From the human T2T-CHM13v2.0 reference genome, Homo sapiens: 64,000 nucleotides of DNA. Shown piece by piece: positions 61,977 to 64,000 of the stretch. The stretch is taken from assembly GCF_009914755.1 (NCBI RefSeq), contig NC_060927.1, one strand, 5' to 3'. The translations under genes were made by a program, and so were the position numbers. The first letter of the stretch is position 1. Each line of letters starts with the position of its first letter. The notes beneath the pieces are model-generated. The model was not told the DNA's origin and did not search any database. It saw only the letters and a list, made by a program, of their open reading frames with translations.

Positions 61977-62574
61977 TGCAAACTCTCTGGTTTTGGTATT
62001 GAAATAGGACTAGGTTGATGGGTAAGAAGGTGCGTATGTGGATCCTCTAGAAAGACCCCTACCCAATCAACCATCTTCCAAAACAAAATAAAACAAAACT
62101 ACAATCTAACATTTCATTTTACTATGCCATAAAAATCTGCATGAAAGTTAAATTTGTCTTAAAACTGCATCAAATGCTAAATTCAAATAAAATAGAAGTG
62201 CTATCTTATGAATCATGTATTACCTTAGTGGAAATTCATCTGGGTTTGAAATGGGGGAAAGGGTGACTGGCGATGGAGTTGAGAGGCTATTAAGGGACAA
62301 GGTAGAGGTGAAGAGAAGAGCAGAAACAGCGGAAGCTATAATCACCCGGAACACCGCCTGTGTTATAGTTGACCAAGAGCTGGTCTTTGTAAGCAGTTTC
62401 CATGCTTTTCCAGGTGTAAACCCACAGTATCAGCTTGGGGGTCACAGACCGTTTTGCACCCCTCACTCAGAGACCAACCGCCAAAGCCAAGCCTTCTCTT
62501 TCATGCTGCTGCTCACTAGAAATGCCCCTTTCTTCTGAGTCCTCCTACAGATAATTCATATTTTCTAATTAATA

Positions 62575-63203
<629 letters not shown>

Positions 63204-64000
63204 AATACTTTTATTAATTTAAAAAAACGGTAAACATGATGAACTTAAAGTCCACTTAAAATATTTAGTGGGATAAAAGTGGTTAGTCTAAAGTAGGAAA
63301 AATAAAACAAGATTATATGTAAATAAAATGAGGAACAAAACCAGACTAGTATATTGAAACAGTAAAAAGTAATTTTTCTACAAAAGACTATTGTCTCCGT
63401 CAAAACAAAAAGAAAGAATACATGTTAATAAGATGTAAATAACACAAAGTAGACTTGGCATTTAAAAGAATATTATTTCTATATATGTATATATAAGTAA
63501 ATTTTGATACCCAAATATGTACTTGCTGATAAAAATATAAAGCACTGTGACAGATGAAATAACCAGAAAAGAAATACAAGAAATTACACCCCAAAAGATG
63601 CCTGGTCCTTATGGGTTTACAAAAATTTTGTAAACTTTCAAAGAACAAAAAAAATTCCTGTTATACAAACTTTAAATGTATGTGAGTGCTTATGTGTGTT
63701 GTACGTTACCCAGCTCATTTCGTGAAGAGAAAATGATTCATTTCAAAATCTGAATAGGAAACTGAAATCAAATCTTATTTATGAACATTAATATTAAGAT
63801 TTCAACTTGGTAGAAAAAGAGAAAAATTATTAAACACAAGTTGATTTAACTTATAGCAAGGTTTATTTGGAGTACATTATACTTTATTCTAAAGACACAA
63901 AACTGGTACACAGAAGAAACGATAACATAACATATCACATTGACAGGAAAAACAAATATATGTATACATATAATAATTATCCAAAGAGATTTTTTTTTTT

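Overview
Primate, almost certainly human, genomic DNA that is repeat-rich and gene-poor; nothing here is prokaryotic. The only supportable protein-coding exon is a minus-strand first exon in a CpG island (CDS 46831-46636, donor T|GTAAGT). I recognise it as C3orf70 (UPF0524), so bases 1-46635 are its first intron and 47.1-64 kb is upstream sequence. The window opens inside a defective HERV-K(HML-3)/HERVK9 provirus (gag-pro-pol-env, 3' MER9 LTR 4529-5043). It lies antisense to the gene and has large deletions in CA, the RT core and SU/TM. The rest is about 37 Alus, old L1/L2/CR1/MIR, MaLR LTRs and DNA transposons, including a five-level nest (L1 > MER2 > Ricksha/MuDR carrying a HERV-L piece > Alu). 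The best second-look items are an open env signal-peptide ORF (Rec/Rem-like hypothesis), a 29-bp VNTR packed with GATA motifs, an APOBEC3A-type hairpin at C3orf70 codon 6, the Cys/His-rich exon-1 module, a promoter bracketed by opposed CA/TG tracts and a tail-to-tail inverted Alu pair. I could not establish a new biological system; these leads are hypotheses. Repeat subfamily names are recalled from consensus sequences, not from a search, and repeat boundaries are approximate unless a TSD is cited.
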